A stretch of DNA of 64,000 bases from NCBI GenBank assembly GCA_951406725.2, contig OX597817.1, forward strand, positions 47,058,001-47,122,000. Reading direction: 5' to 3'. The stretch's first letter is position 1. Every line of letters starts with the position of its first letter. Below the pieces are notes generated by a model. That model searched no databases and was not told where the DNA came from. It saw only the letters and a list, made by a program, of their open reading frames with translations. Shown piece after piece: positions 52,980-64,000 of this stretch. The position numbers were made by a program, and so were the translations under genes. The stretch is from Octopus vulgaris. Lineage: Eukaryota.

Positions 52980-53780
52980 CTTATTTTTTTATTGCCTACA
53001 AGGGGCTAAACATAGAGGGGACAAAGAAGGACAGACAAACGGATTAAGTAGATTAGATCGACCGCAGTGCGTAACTGGTACTTAATTTATCGACCCCGAA
53101 AGGATGAAAGGCAAAGTCGATCTCGGCGGAATTCGAACTCAGAACGTAGCGGCAGACAAAATACCGCGAGGCATTTCGCCTGGCGTGCTAACGTTTCTGC
53201 CAACTCGTCGCCATGGGAAACCATTTTCTAGAAGCTAACCGCATGAGACATAACTCATTATCAAGTAATTTTTTTCGTCAGGGGTGCCATTCAGAAAGTC
53301 CCGCGGACCGCAGTTTACCCGCGACCGCTGTGACTGCTCTAATGAATCTGCCAGTCAGCCGTCTAACCTATTTCTTTACTATCCACAAGCGGCTAAACAC
53401 AGAGAGGACAAACAAGGACAGACAAACGGATTAAGTCGATTATATCGACTCCAGTGCGTAACTGGTACTTATTTAATCGACCCCGAAAGGATGAAAGGCA
53501 AAGTCGACCTCGGCGGAATTTGAACTAAGAACGTAACCGCAGACGATATACCTGTTTCTATTTCTTTATTACCCACAAGGGGCTAAACACAGAGGGGACA
53601 AACAAGGACAGACAAAGGGATTAAGTCGATTATATCGACTCCAGTGCGTAACTGGTACTTAATTTATCGACCCCGATGGGATGAAAAGCAAAGTCGACCT
53701 CGGCGGAATTTGAACTCAGAACGTAACGGCAGACGAAATACCGCTTAGCATTTCGCCCGGCGTGCTAACGATTCTGCCGT
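52980..53780 (-). mobile_element. SINE family A copies (one monomer and one dimer)
   Basis: A units at 52980-53212 and 53365-53780. Confidence 0.85.
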
Positions 53781-54665
53781 CTAAACTGCCTACCTGTCTG
53801 TCTGTTTGTCTATCTAGCTGTCTGATATTCCATCGAGTTTACTGTGCAACGGATTGCTGTATTTTGTAAAACAACTAGGAAACCGTAATGGATGGAGATA
53901 GTTCATCATTGGGAGGAAGTTCGTCACCGGGAGTGGACGTTCTTCATTCATTCATTTATAAACTCATCCATCATACATCACCGATACCATAGGCACCATC
54001 ACCATCGCCATCAACATCAGCCTGAATGAAAATGGTTAAGAGAAGGAAGAGGAGATGGTTGAAGTGGTGGTGGTGGTAGTCGGATTGCGGTTGACGGTGC
54101 TGCGACTGGTGTTGGTGGTAATGGTGCTGGTTGTGGTAGTAATGGTAGTGTTGGTGGTGGTGGTAGTGTGGTGGTGGTGGTGGTGGTCGTCGTCGTCGTC
54201 ATCGTCGTGGTGGTGATAGTGGTGGTGGTGGTGGTGGTAATGGTGTTGGTCGTGGTTGTGGTGGTGGTGGTGGTGGTGATAGTGTTGATGGTCGTCGTGC
54301 TGGTGGTGATGGTGGCGGTGGTGGTCGTTGTCGCCGTCGTTGTCATCGTCGTTATCCTCGACGTGGTGTTGGTGGCGGTGGTGGTGGTAGTGGTGCTGCT
54401 GCTGCTGCTGGATGTAACCATCAATACCGCTGTTTCTCAAATTGGGTCGAGTACACCCTGGTGGTAAGATTGAACATTGTTATATTGGTACCGAGGACAA
54501 CGGAGGGCATTAGGTAGCGACAGTGAAACATGCTTCGGTACAGTTTCGTTGTTAATCTTCGTTTCCTATTTGAATATTAACTTTTTGAGATATTTCAAAT
54601 ACAATATCATGATAAACTGCTTGTTTATCTACAACCTGAACAACAACAACAACAACAACAATTAC

Positions 54666-55101
54666 GGATCTTTTCGGTTTGAACTGCAGTTTTTAACATA
54701 ATTTCTAGGTAGCTAAAAAATTTTAAACTTCGTATACTGGTAGAATGTGTTTCTAAAACATCTTTTTCTCTTGGCTTTATTGAGAAAATTCTATAGTTTG
54801 TAAGATATTTGTTGTTTTTTTTTTCTTCAATTTCTGCAATTTCAACCAATCACTGACATCTATTGAGGTAAAAAAAAATATTCTGTGCCGTATGAATATT
54901 CCCTCGTTTAAGAAACAGATTGGGTTTATTTACATTTGTGAAGAAAAAAAGATACCCTTTCCCCACCCTTAACCCTAACCCTAACTAACCCTAACCGTAA
55001 AACAGATTGAAATGCAATAGATCGATACTAGCGTCATAATTATGGGTGACAATTTCATATGACACCGCTAGAAAAAACTGCCGTTCAAACCGAAAAGATC
55101 C
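54666..55101 (-). mobile_element. Second copy (inverted) of the GGATC-TIR MITE
   Basis: TIRs GGATCTTTTCGGTTTGAAC and GTTCAAACCGAAAAGATCC; TSD ACAATTAC / ACAGTTAC; internal CCCTAA repeats. Confidence 0.88.
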
Positions 55102-55192
55102 ACAGTTACAGCTCAGTCGGTTGAGCATCAGACTTTTATATCTTGACTAATAAGTGATCTGAAGGTTGTAGGTTCATTTTCCTCAGCGGGCG
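55102..55192 (+). tRNA. tRNA-Lys(UUU) pseudogene with an 18-nt intron (55139-55156)
   Basis: AGCTCAGTCGGTTGAGCA-TCAGA-CT-TTT-A-[tatcttgactaataagtg]-A-TCTGA-AGGTTGTAGGTTCA...CGGGCG aligns with the metazoan tRNA-Lys(UUU) sequence. The acceptor stem and T arm are degenerate. Confidence 0.7.
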
Positions 55193-55324
55193 CATATTTC
55201 CTCTTAGGCGCAGGAGTAACTGAGTGGTTGAGGAGCTTGTTTTGTTGAAAGAAAAAAAAAAAGGAAAAAGTAAGTGTTTCAAGGAAAAAAAAGATGATTA
55301 AGAAAAAATAGAACGATTGTAAAT

Positions 55325-55506
55325 AGTGTGTATAAACGTTCAAATGGTACTGCATGGGAATGGGGCCCATGCAACCATTTCATTTCTTCGTTTTTATATA
55401 ACACTTCATTCTCATTCGTTTTATGTTTTATATCCCCATTGTGGTGTTGTGTCTGTCCTTGTATTGTTCCCCTCTGTATTGTGGCCGTGGTGCCAAATAA
55501 AGAAAT
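55325..55506 (+). mobile_element. L1/Tx1-like 3' UTR and tail fragment
   Basis: TGTCTGTCCTTGTATTGTTCCCCTCTGTA...AAATAAAGAAAT. Confidence 0.5.
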
Positions 55507-56147
55507 TCTGTGTTGCCTTTATGGCAAAATCATTGAAATAAAGTAGCTTGCTATCTCATTGCGCATTAGAGTTGTGTTTGACACCGAAGCTGTAAAGCAT
55601 GTTTTTGAAGCCGTCTTAAATTGAAGACTTTTGAAACTCAGCTCTAAGGTAAGACTTTTTCTCTGTCTAGTGGGGATCTGTTGTTTACAGCAATTATTTT
55701 TTTAAAACAGGAATTCCTCACTGGATTCTAGTCTACCTGAGGCTGAGTGAAAATTCTTTTCATTTAATTGTAAAACTTTTTTGTTTTGGTGGGCGTATCC
55801 TGCCGCAAAATTTTGTTTGAAAATAGTTTGTCCAGGGATAACTCCGTGGGAATTTTTAGAAAAATTCCAACGATATTGTTCCTGTCAAGGAGTACCCATG
55901 AAAAAAAAAAAAAACGAAAAGTGGAATGATTTTTTGAACTGATTAACAATTGCGTTAAAAATTTGGCCTGGAATACCGAGTGGCCTTTGCTGTGTTTTGA
56001 ACTGTTGCTCTCTCTTCATCTATCTTTTTTTTTTTAAACTCTTTATTGAACTGTTAATTTTTTTTCTCTCCTTCCTTTCTGTTTGGACCTTTTTTCTCTT
56101 CCTTCTTTTCCTTAATTATTTTGTATTTTAAGAACTATATTTTTGGA

Positions 56148-56812
56148 AGGCGGTGAGCTGGCAGGAACGTTAGCACGCTAGGCGAAATGCGTAGCGGTAT
56201 TTCGTCTGCCGTTACGTTGTGAGTTCAAATTCCGCCGAGGTCGACTTTACCTTTCATCCTTTCGGGGTCGATAAATTAAGTACCAGTTACGCACTGGGTC
56301 GATGTAATTGACTTAATACCCATGTCTGTCCTTGTTTGTCCCCTCTGTGTTTAGCCCCTTGTGGGTAATAAAGAAATAGGTATTTCGTCTGCCGTTACGT
56401 TCTGAGTTCAAATTCCGCCGAGGTTGACTTTGCCTTTCATCCTTTCGGGGTCGATTAAATGAGTACCAGTTACGCACTGGGGTCGATATAATCAACTTAA
56501 TCCGTTTGTCTGTCCTTGCTTGTCCCGTCTGTGTTTAGCCCCTCGTGGGTAGTAAAGAAATAGGTATTTCGTCTGCCGCTACGTTCTGAGTTCAAATTCC
56601 GCCAAGGTTGACTTTGCCTTTCATCCTTTCGGGGTCGATTAGATGAGTACCAGTTACGCACTGGGGTCGATATGATCAACTTAATCCGTTTGTCTGTCCT
56701 TGCTTGTCCCCTCTGTGTGTAGCCCCTTGCGAGCAGTAAAGAAATAGGTATTTCGTTTGTCTTTACGTTCTGAGTTCAAATTTCGCCGAGGTGTCTTTGC
56801 CTTTCATCCTTT
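56148..56812 (+). mobile_element. Tandem array of SINE family A (one head plus about 3.5 units)
   Basis: 184-bp period with AAAGAAATA|GGTATTTCG junctions. Confidence 0.9.
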
Positions 56813-56939
56813 TTAATTATTTTTATAATTCATATATATATATTTTATTATAAATGCAAAACAGCACCACGGGAGAATTGACGTAAGCTTAAATAATAAA
56901 CCACGATAGGTGACCTGCGATATGGTGAGTATTACGTTT

Positions 56940-57905
56940 TTTTCAAATTTGCTTTTATACATTCCATAGCAGATAAAATAAATCCGAGATCACCATCGCT
57001 ATTTTTCCTTCTGTGGTGAATAAAATAGTACCAGTCAAGCTGGGATCAGTTATACCTTTTATTCTTCCGCGATGGATAAAATAACCAAGTTAAACCGGGA
57101 TTAAATTTGCCTTTTAACTTTCCAAGGTATATAAAGAAAAAGTTCCAGATAAATCAAGATCAACATTCCTTTTTAAGTTTCCATAGCAGATAACTCCATC
57201 TGTATAACACCCGTGGACATGTTTACAAAGTCAGAAAACAGCACAGCTCCCATGACTTTCGGAAGCACTTTTTCACGCTAAGAGTTGCTGAAGCATGGAA
57301 CAAACTGCCAGCATCTGTTGTTAGTTGTTGGAGCACTGCATCTTTCAAAACTTCCATGCTTCTTGAGATTCGCCAACACTTCACCTGATTTTCTCCCCTC
57401 CATACACACGCAAGCATGTATCTGACTCATACACTGTTCACTTTCCAGACATTTGTACATTACTGCATATTCTTTATACGCACTTTTGACAAGTTGTGGT
57501 GCACCTGAGCACTGTATACAATAATTTCATTATTATGTATATATAAAACAGTGCCAATTAAGTTGAAATCGATTTTACCTTTTAACTTTCTGTAATTGAT
57601 AAAACAGTACCAGTTAAGTTGATCTTTAAGTCAAGATAGATAAACTTTGGCTTTTAACACTCCATGGTTGAAAAAGTAGTAACAGTTAACATGAGCTCTG
57701 CTTTGGCTTTAACCTTCCGTGGCGGCTCAAATAGTAGCTAAGCTGAGATCAAATTTACCTTCAACTTTCTATGGTAATAAAATAGTACAAGTTGAGCCGA
57801 TATAAACTTTAGCGTTCTGTCGTGGATAAAACAGAACAGCACAAGTTAAGACGAGATCAACTTTGCTTTTAACCTTCTATAATACTAAAACGGCACCAAC
57901 CAAGT
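56940..57905. repeat. Degenerate ~55-60-bp tandem repeat
   Basis: Recurring TT(G/A)CCTTTTAAC(T/C)TTC..TGG..GATAAAA..AGTAC.AGTTAAG...GATC. Confidence 0.65.
57195..57536 (+). mobile_element. CR1-type LINE 3' end
   Basis: TRGHVYKVRKQHSSHDFRKHFFTLRVAEAWNKLPASVVSC.STASFK, then a 3' UTR and an ATT tail. Confidence 0.85.
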
Positions 57906-58076
57906 ACTTTTTAGGATTAATCGACTGTACGCTGGCTCTGAAAGTTGCAGCCTTCTACCAATGTTAGAAATCAATAGTTTTTTTTTTTTAAAGAAAAGGA
58001 ACAAAATGAAAAACTTGGCTATTACTTTTTGGCTTAATTTATGCTTGTTTCTGTTAACTTTGGTCTGTACACTGAT

Positions 58077-58129
58077 TCAAGATGTGATATCTTCGTATGT
58101 CAGACATTCATGGAAAGGAGCAAGAATAT
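58077..58129 (-). CDS. Candidate short terminal exon: (D)ILAPFHECLTYEDITS*
   Basis: Strong acceptor TTTTTGTTGTCTTCCAG; phase-1 frame open to TGA. Confidence 0.25.
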
Positions 58130-58372
58130 CTGGAAGACAACAAAAATCAATAAAATCAGTTTTGTTCTCGTTGTCCGAATACACTGATGGTTTTGACACC
58201 TTCATATACATACAGATATTATACATGTATGTATGTATATATGTTCTTAGGTATGTAGTTATGTCTGTATAAATGATTATATGTACGTATATATGTTTGT
58301 ATAAATGTATATATGTACGTAAGCATTCCTGTATGCATATATCTATATTCATGCATATGAATACATACATAA

Positions 58373-58417
<45 letters not shown>

Positions 58418-58711
58418 CAAAAACAGACACACATATACATATTTATATGTGTATTATGTATATATATGGGTGACTCTTTCTCACTCAGTGTATAATTCTG
58501 TGTGCGTGCGTCTGCGTGAGTTGAGTACAACATATATAATATATATATGTATATAATATAATATATATATATATGATATATATGTATATAACATATATAA
58601 TATACATATATGTATATAATATATATATGTATATAACATATATAATATACATATATGTATATAATATATATATGTATATAACATATATATGTATATAACA
58701 TATATAATATA

Positions 58712-58774
<63 letters not shown>

Positions 58775-58956
58775 CACACACCAATATCCATCAATCTCAA
58801 TCTCTCTATATATTTATATGTGAGAGGGTGTATAAATAGTTTATATAGACAGACAGACAGAGAATTAGAGAATGACAGAGAGAAAAAGAAAGAGTGTGTG
58901 ATTGATAGATACAGATATAGATATTGATAAATATGCATAAATGTTTATAAATGTGA

Positions 58957-59010
<54 letters not shown>

Positions 59011-59048
59011 TATAGTCACATACACGTACAGGCACGCACACATATGTG

Positions 59049-59085
<37 letters not shown>

Positions 59086-60743
59086 TTGTGTGCGTGCGTG
59101 AGTTTATCTATGCATATATAAATACGTTCCCACTTGTGAACAAATCTTTTGATGCGTGAATTGTATACATGAATTTTGTTAACGTTAGAATCTATATTCC
59201 GTGTTGCACTTATGCTGTGCTGTGTCTACTGTTGTTATTGTTATCACTATCACCATTGTTGTAGATGTTGTTGCCGTTGTTGTTTTTATTTAGTCTTCTA
59301 TTATATTTATTCTGTAAGTTCAGCGACCATTTGTCGTGGACATCGACAGTTCTTTTTAGTAACCATTTTGAATAAGAATCAGTTCCCCTTTCACCTATTT
59401 CTCCTTTCATTGCTGTGTTACGTGAAAATAACAAAATTGATCACATTATATATTTCTAATACATTTTTCGACTTGTAAGAAGGTCTGCCGGTTAAAAGGT
59501 TAATCTCCAGCTAAAAGCAGACGTTTGTTCGGAAATCGTAACAAGCCAGACTAAAATAAATATGGATATCTCGGTGTTTAAGGTCTGAAAGAACGAAAAA
59601 AAAAATCAAAATAGAAAATAAGTTGTTTGATTCCTTTGCACATGTAAAGATAAGCATTATTGGATAAAAAAAAAAAATGAAAGAAGTTACGTGGAATCAA
59701 AGCCCTGGGATGAGTGGATGGGTGGGTAGATGGTAGTAGCGTAGCGTGGGCTTTAGCTAGCCTCTGTGATATCCAAAGTGGCTGTTTCCTCCTTTAAGCT
59801 TAAAATATCTTCTACTACAGCAAACACGCATGTATAAAATGTTTGTCTTGTGCTGCCTACACACTCTGTGCTTGTGGAAAGAGAGGGAGATAGAGAGGAG
59901 TGGGAAGGGAGGGAGAGGAAGAGAGAGAAAGGTAGAGTACTAAACTGTAATTATGCAAAAACCCGTTTGTCGTGTCTGCCTATGAAGAACAGAATGACGT
60001 TACATCGACAACAAATTCGAGATCCTAGACCCAGAAAAATACCCCAAATACCTGCTAGTAAACAGCTAGATTTTAAAATCCAAGATGAGGTTTTTGTTTA
60101 CTAATTGCAAAGTCAAAGTTTTTACAGCTCACCAAATTACATACATATGTGACACATTACAGTATGTGAAATACATACATAACCACTTTCATATAGAAAT
60201 GCACGTGTATACAAATATACAATGTGCATATGTATAAATATATCAACAAGTACATATGTATAAATGTACTTGTTGGTATATATGTTGCAAAGAAGAATAC
60301 TTATATCTGTTGAGATTTTTTATAAAATATTTCTTTTCGTAAACAAAGAAAGCTGTGGTCGCTACTAAGAACTACAAAACATCGAGAGAGTTCGAATATA
60401 ATTATTCTTGGTGTGATTGTAACAACAAATTTGTTCGTTCATTGTTTAACTTTTGTCAGCTTGGGTGAGCAGCAATCCGCCGGCTTCTGATCGTCTCATC
60501 TCTGTTGTCTCTCAAAGCTCTCTGTCCCAGTCGCTATGGTACGCTGAATTAATAGTAATAGTGAGGCCCGGAAAGAAGAGCGGCAAAAGATTAAATTGTT
60601 GTTGAAGCTAGTTCTATGCGAAGTTTTGATTGGTCAGATTTTTTCGATCACATGAGTAACATTCTAGCTAATCGTAACACCACACAGCCATCTCCTGCGA
60701 AATATTCCCTATATATGTATGTATGTATGTATATGAATGTATG

Positions 60744-60780
<37 letters not shown>

Positions 60781-61627
60781 ACTCTCTTTCTCTTCTACTT
60801 GTTTCAGTCATTTGACTGCGGCCATGCTGGAGCACCGCCTTTAGTCGAGCACATCGACCCCAGAACTTATTCTTTGTAAGCCTAGTACTTATTCTATCGG
60901 TCTCTTTTGCCGAACCGCTAAGTTACAGGGATGTAAACACACCAGCATCGGTTATCAAGCAATGTTGGGGGGACAAACACATACACACACATATATATAT
61001 ATATATACATACATATATACGACGGGCTTCTTTCAGTTTCCGTCTACCAAATACACTCACAAGGCTTTGGTCGGCCCGAGGCTATAGTAGAAGACACTTG
61101 CCCAAGGTGTCATGCAGTGGGACTGAACCCGGAACCATGTGGCTGGTAAGCAAGCTACTTACCACACAGCCACTCCTGCGCCTATATATGTATGTATGTA
61201 TGTATACTCTTTTACTCTTTTACTTGTTTCAGTCATTTGACTGCGGCCATGCTGGAGCACCGCCTTTAGTCGAGCAAATTGACCCCGGGACTTATTCTTT
61301 GTAAGCCCAGTACTTATCCTATCGGTCACTTTTTGCCGAACCGCTAAGTGACGGGGACGTAAACACAGCATCGGTTGTCAAGCAATGCTAGGAGGACAAA
61401 CACAGACACATACACACACACACATACATATACATACATATTCATATATATACATATATATATACGACAGGCTTCTTTCAGTTTCCGTCTACCAAATCCA
61501 CTCACAAGGCATTGGTCGGCCCGAGGCTATAGCAGAAGACACTTGCCCAAGATGCCACACAGTGGGACTGAACCCGGAACCATGTGGTTGGTAAGCAAGC
61601 TACTTACCACACAGCCACTCCTGCGCC

Positions 61628-61630
<3 letters not shown>
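60781..61630 (-). mobile_element. Two tandem full-length SINE family B copies
   Basis: 60781-61185 and 61205-61630. Confidence 0.9.
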
Positions 61631-61658
<28 letters not shown>

Positions 61659-61915
61659 ATGAATGTATATATATATATATATATATGGATATGAATGTGC
61701 GTGTTTATCAGAATTAACTGCTTCAGGTTTTGGAATAAAAAATGATATCTGAACACATTATGAACAGCAATTTAATAACAGACAGAACTCCTGAGTATAT
61801 CTTGTCTTTTTTCTGCCTCAAACTGGTGCTTATAGTGTTACACACCAATTCACTACATATGCATATAAACATATATGTATGTGTGTGTGTGTGTGTGCGT
61901 CAGTGTCTATGCATA

Positions 61916-61954
<39 letters not shown>

Positions 61955-62174
61955 GCAAACATGCATATAGACATATAAATTTATATCTACATACATATAT
62001 ACATGCACGCACAAATTTATATGGACATATATATATGCATATATATTTAGATATACATATATATATGCATATATATTTATATATACATATATATATATGC
62101 ATATATATATATATATATATACATATTTATTTATATATCATGTATAAATATATTTATATATATATATATTTATA

Positions 62175-62218
<44 letters not shown>

Positions 62219-62278
62219 GGTCTATATATATATATACATATTTATATATACATATTTATTTATATTCATGTATAAATA

Positions 62279-62317
<39 letters not shown>

Positions 62318-63198
62318 TTATATTCATGTATAAATATATTTATATATATATATACATATTTATTTATATTCATGTATAAATATATTATATATATATATAT
62401 ATACAGGTATACACACACACACACACACACATATTTCTATAATGTCCATTTCGAATCTAGGTAAAGAATACATTTTCATACGAAATAGTATTGAAGAGTA
62501 GCAGACCCAGCTCAAATATAAATACAAATACACAAATAAAACAAAAATGAAAAAAAAGACAATATCATTTTTTTGGTGTTTTTTTAGTTTTGCGATTTCT
62601 TTCTACATACGTATAAGAAAGAAGAATCTAATCTAGTTTTCCCTTTTGAAGCTAACTATATTTAGCTGGCTTACATCTATTCAGCTAATAGGATAGTGTT
62701 TATTGTTTAAAAGTCTAAATGCAACAATCAATTTTGTCAAGAACTGAATAAGCAAGCTTAGGCTTTCTTACTTTATACAATATTTTTTCTCCTCTCTCTC
62801 ATCTCATCTCATATACATAGTTTTCTTTTTCTGTCTTGACAACCATAAATCTGTCTAGGAGTGTTGATAAGAATTTTATATTTTACCTATTCTTTTCAGT
62901 TGATTATATTAAGCGTAATCTGGTGAGAACATTGATGGTGTGTCCACAGTGGCTAGCGAGCTTGTAGAAGTCATTATTAAGTCATTAGTTGACTAAATGA
63001 TAGTTTGTGATTGTATATGTTTTTCTATCTTTTTTACATTATCCTGGCTTTTATTATTCTCTCTCTTACACTCTCGCCTAATCATTAAACCAATCACAAC
63101 CCACAGTCGGTCACCAACACCAGCTGACATTGTCTTATTGTATAGAGTTTTAACGCTTTTTCAACCGTCTCCAATGACGGCGCATTCAATTGACATAC

Positions 63199-63232
63199 CG
63201 AACGTAGCATGTGGTAACGCCTTGTTAATTTC
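63199..63232 (-). CDS. Candidate 34-nt internal exon (EINKALPHATF or KLTRRYHMLRS)
   Basis: AAACTTCTTTACAG|GAAATT...CGTTCG|GTATGT, within unique sequence. Confidence 0.35.
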
Positions 63233-63448
63233 CTGTAAAGAAGTTTATAGAAATTTTTAGTTTTGTAATAAAAGTATTCTTCCGTTTCCAAGTTCACCCT
63301 CATCAGGTCCACATCGCACTCTTCCCAATAACATAAAGAGAATTTAACCAACAACAGAGTTGCCATGAGTGATTTGGTGTGTCATGTATCTCACGTCTCA
63401 TGCCCCTCCTCCTTCAATGCTTTATTATATAATGTAGTGACATAGGTT

Positions 63449-63820
63449 TACTCTTTTCTCTTTTACTTGTTTCACTCACTTGACTGTGGCCATGCTGGAG
63501 CACCGCCTTTAGTCGAGGTTTGTAGGCCTAGAACTTATTCTATCAGTCTCTTTTGCCGAACCGCTAATTTACGGGGACGTAAACACACCAGCACCGATTG
63601 TCAAGCGATGTTGGGGGGACAAACATAGACATACAAACACACACACATACATATATACGACGGGTTTCTTTCAGCTTCTGTCTATCAAATCCACTCACAA
63701 GGCTTTGGTCGGCCCGAGGCTATAGTAGAAGACACTTGCCCAAGGTGTCACGCAGTGGGACTGAACCTGGTACCATGTGGTTCGTAAGCAACCTACTTAC
63801 CACACAGCCCCTCCTATGCC
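63449..63820 (-). mobile_element. SINE family B
   Basis: B head, core and tail. Confidence 0.87.
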
Positions 63821-64000
63821 TGTTTACCTAAACTGTCTTCATAAATCGGTGTTTACAAACGATGATTCTGAATTAAATGTATGTGTGAGCGCCCGCATTT
63901 GTATGTGCGCGTTTGTGCTTCGAAAACAGAAAATTTAGTTCAGACTTTTGCTTGATAACATGATATCATCATGATTATTATTATCATTATCTGTTTTACG

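Overview
Eukaryotic, AT-rich, repeat-dominated DNA. The SINE families and dense (TA)n/(CA)n/(ATT)n/(CAT)n microsatellites are typical of an octopus (coleoid cephalopod) genome; this assignment is an inference. No complete host gene, rRNA, operon or CRISPR array is recognisable, and most ORFs in the track are microsatellite or SINE artefacts. Supported content: (1) a 5'-truncated but uninterrupted CR1/L2-group LINE RT; (2) a full-length decayed mariner with TIRs and TA TSDs; (3) two different Dong/R4-type RLE retrotransposon 3' fragments in one (TAA)n tract; (4) CR1, L1/Tx1-like and Penelope-like remnants; (5) several MITEs and four tRNA-derived SINE families; (6) a 43-bp minisatellite with a 129-bp higher-order period; (7) a tRNA-Lys(UUU) pseudogene with an 18-nt intron at the canonical position. 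The most interesting signal is a set of short fold-back elements, several carrying minimal type-I hammerhead-ribozyme-like motifs (Penelope/retrozyme-like). A few phase-compatible candidate exons on the minus strand may belong to a host gene with very long introns. All calls are by eye; repeat boundaries are approximate to about 10-20 bp unless TIRs or TSDs are quoted.
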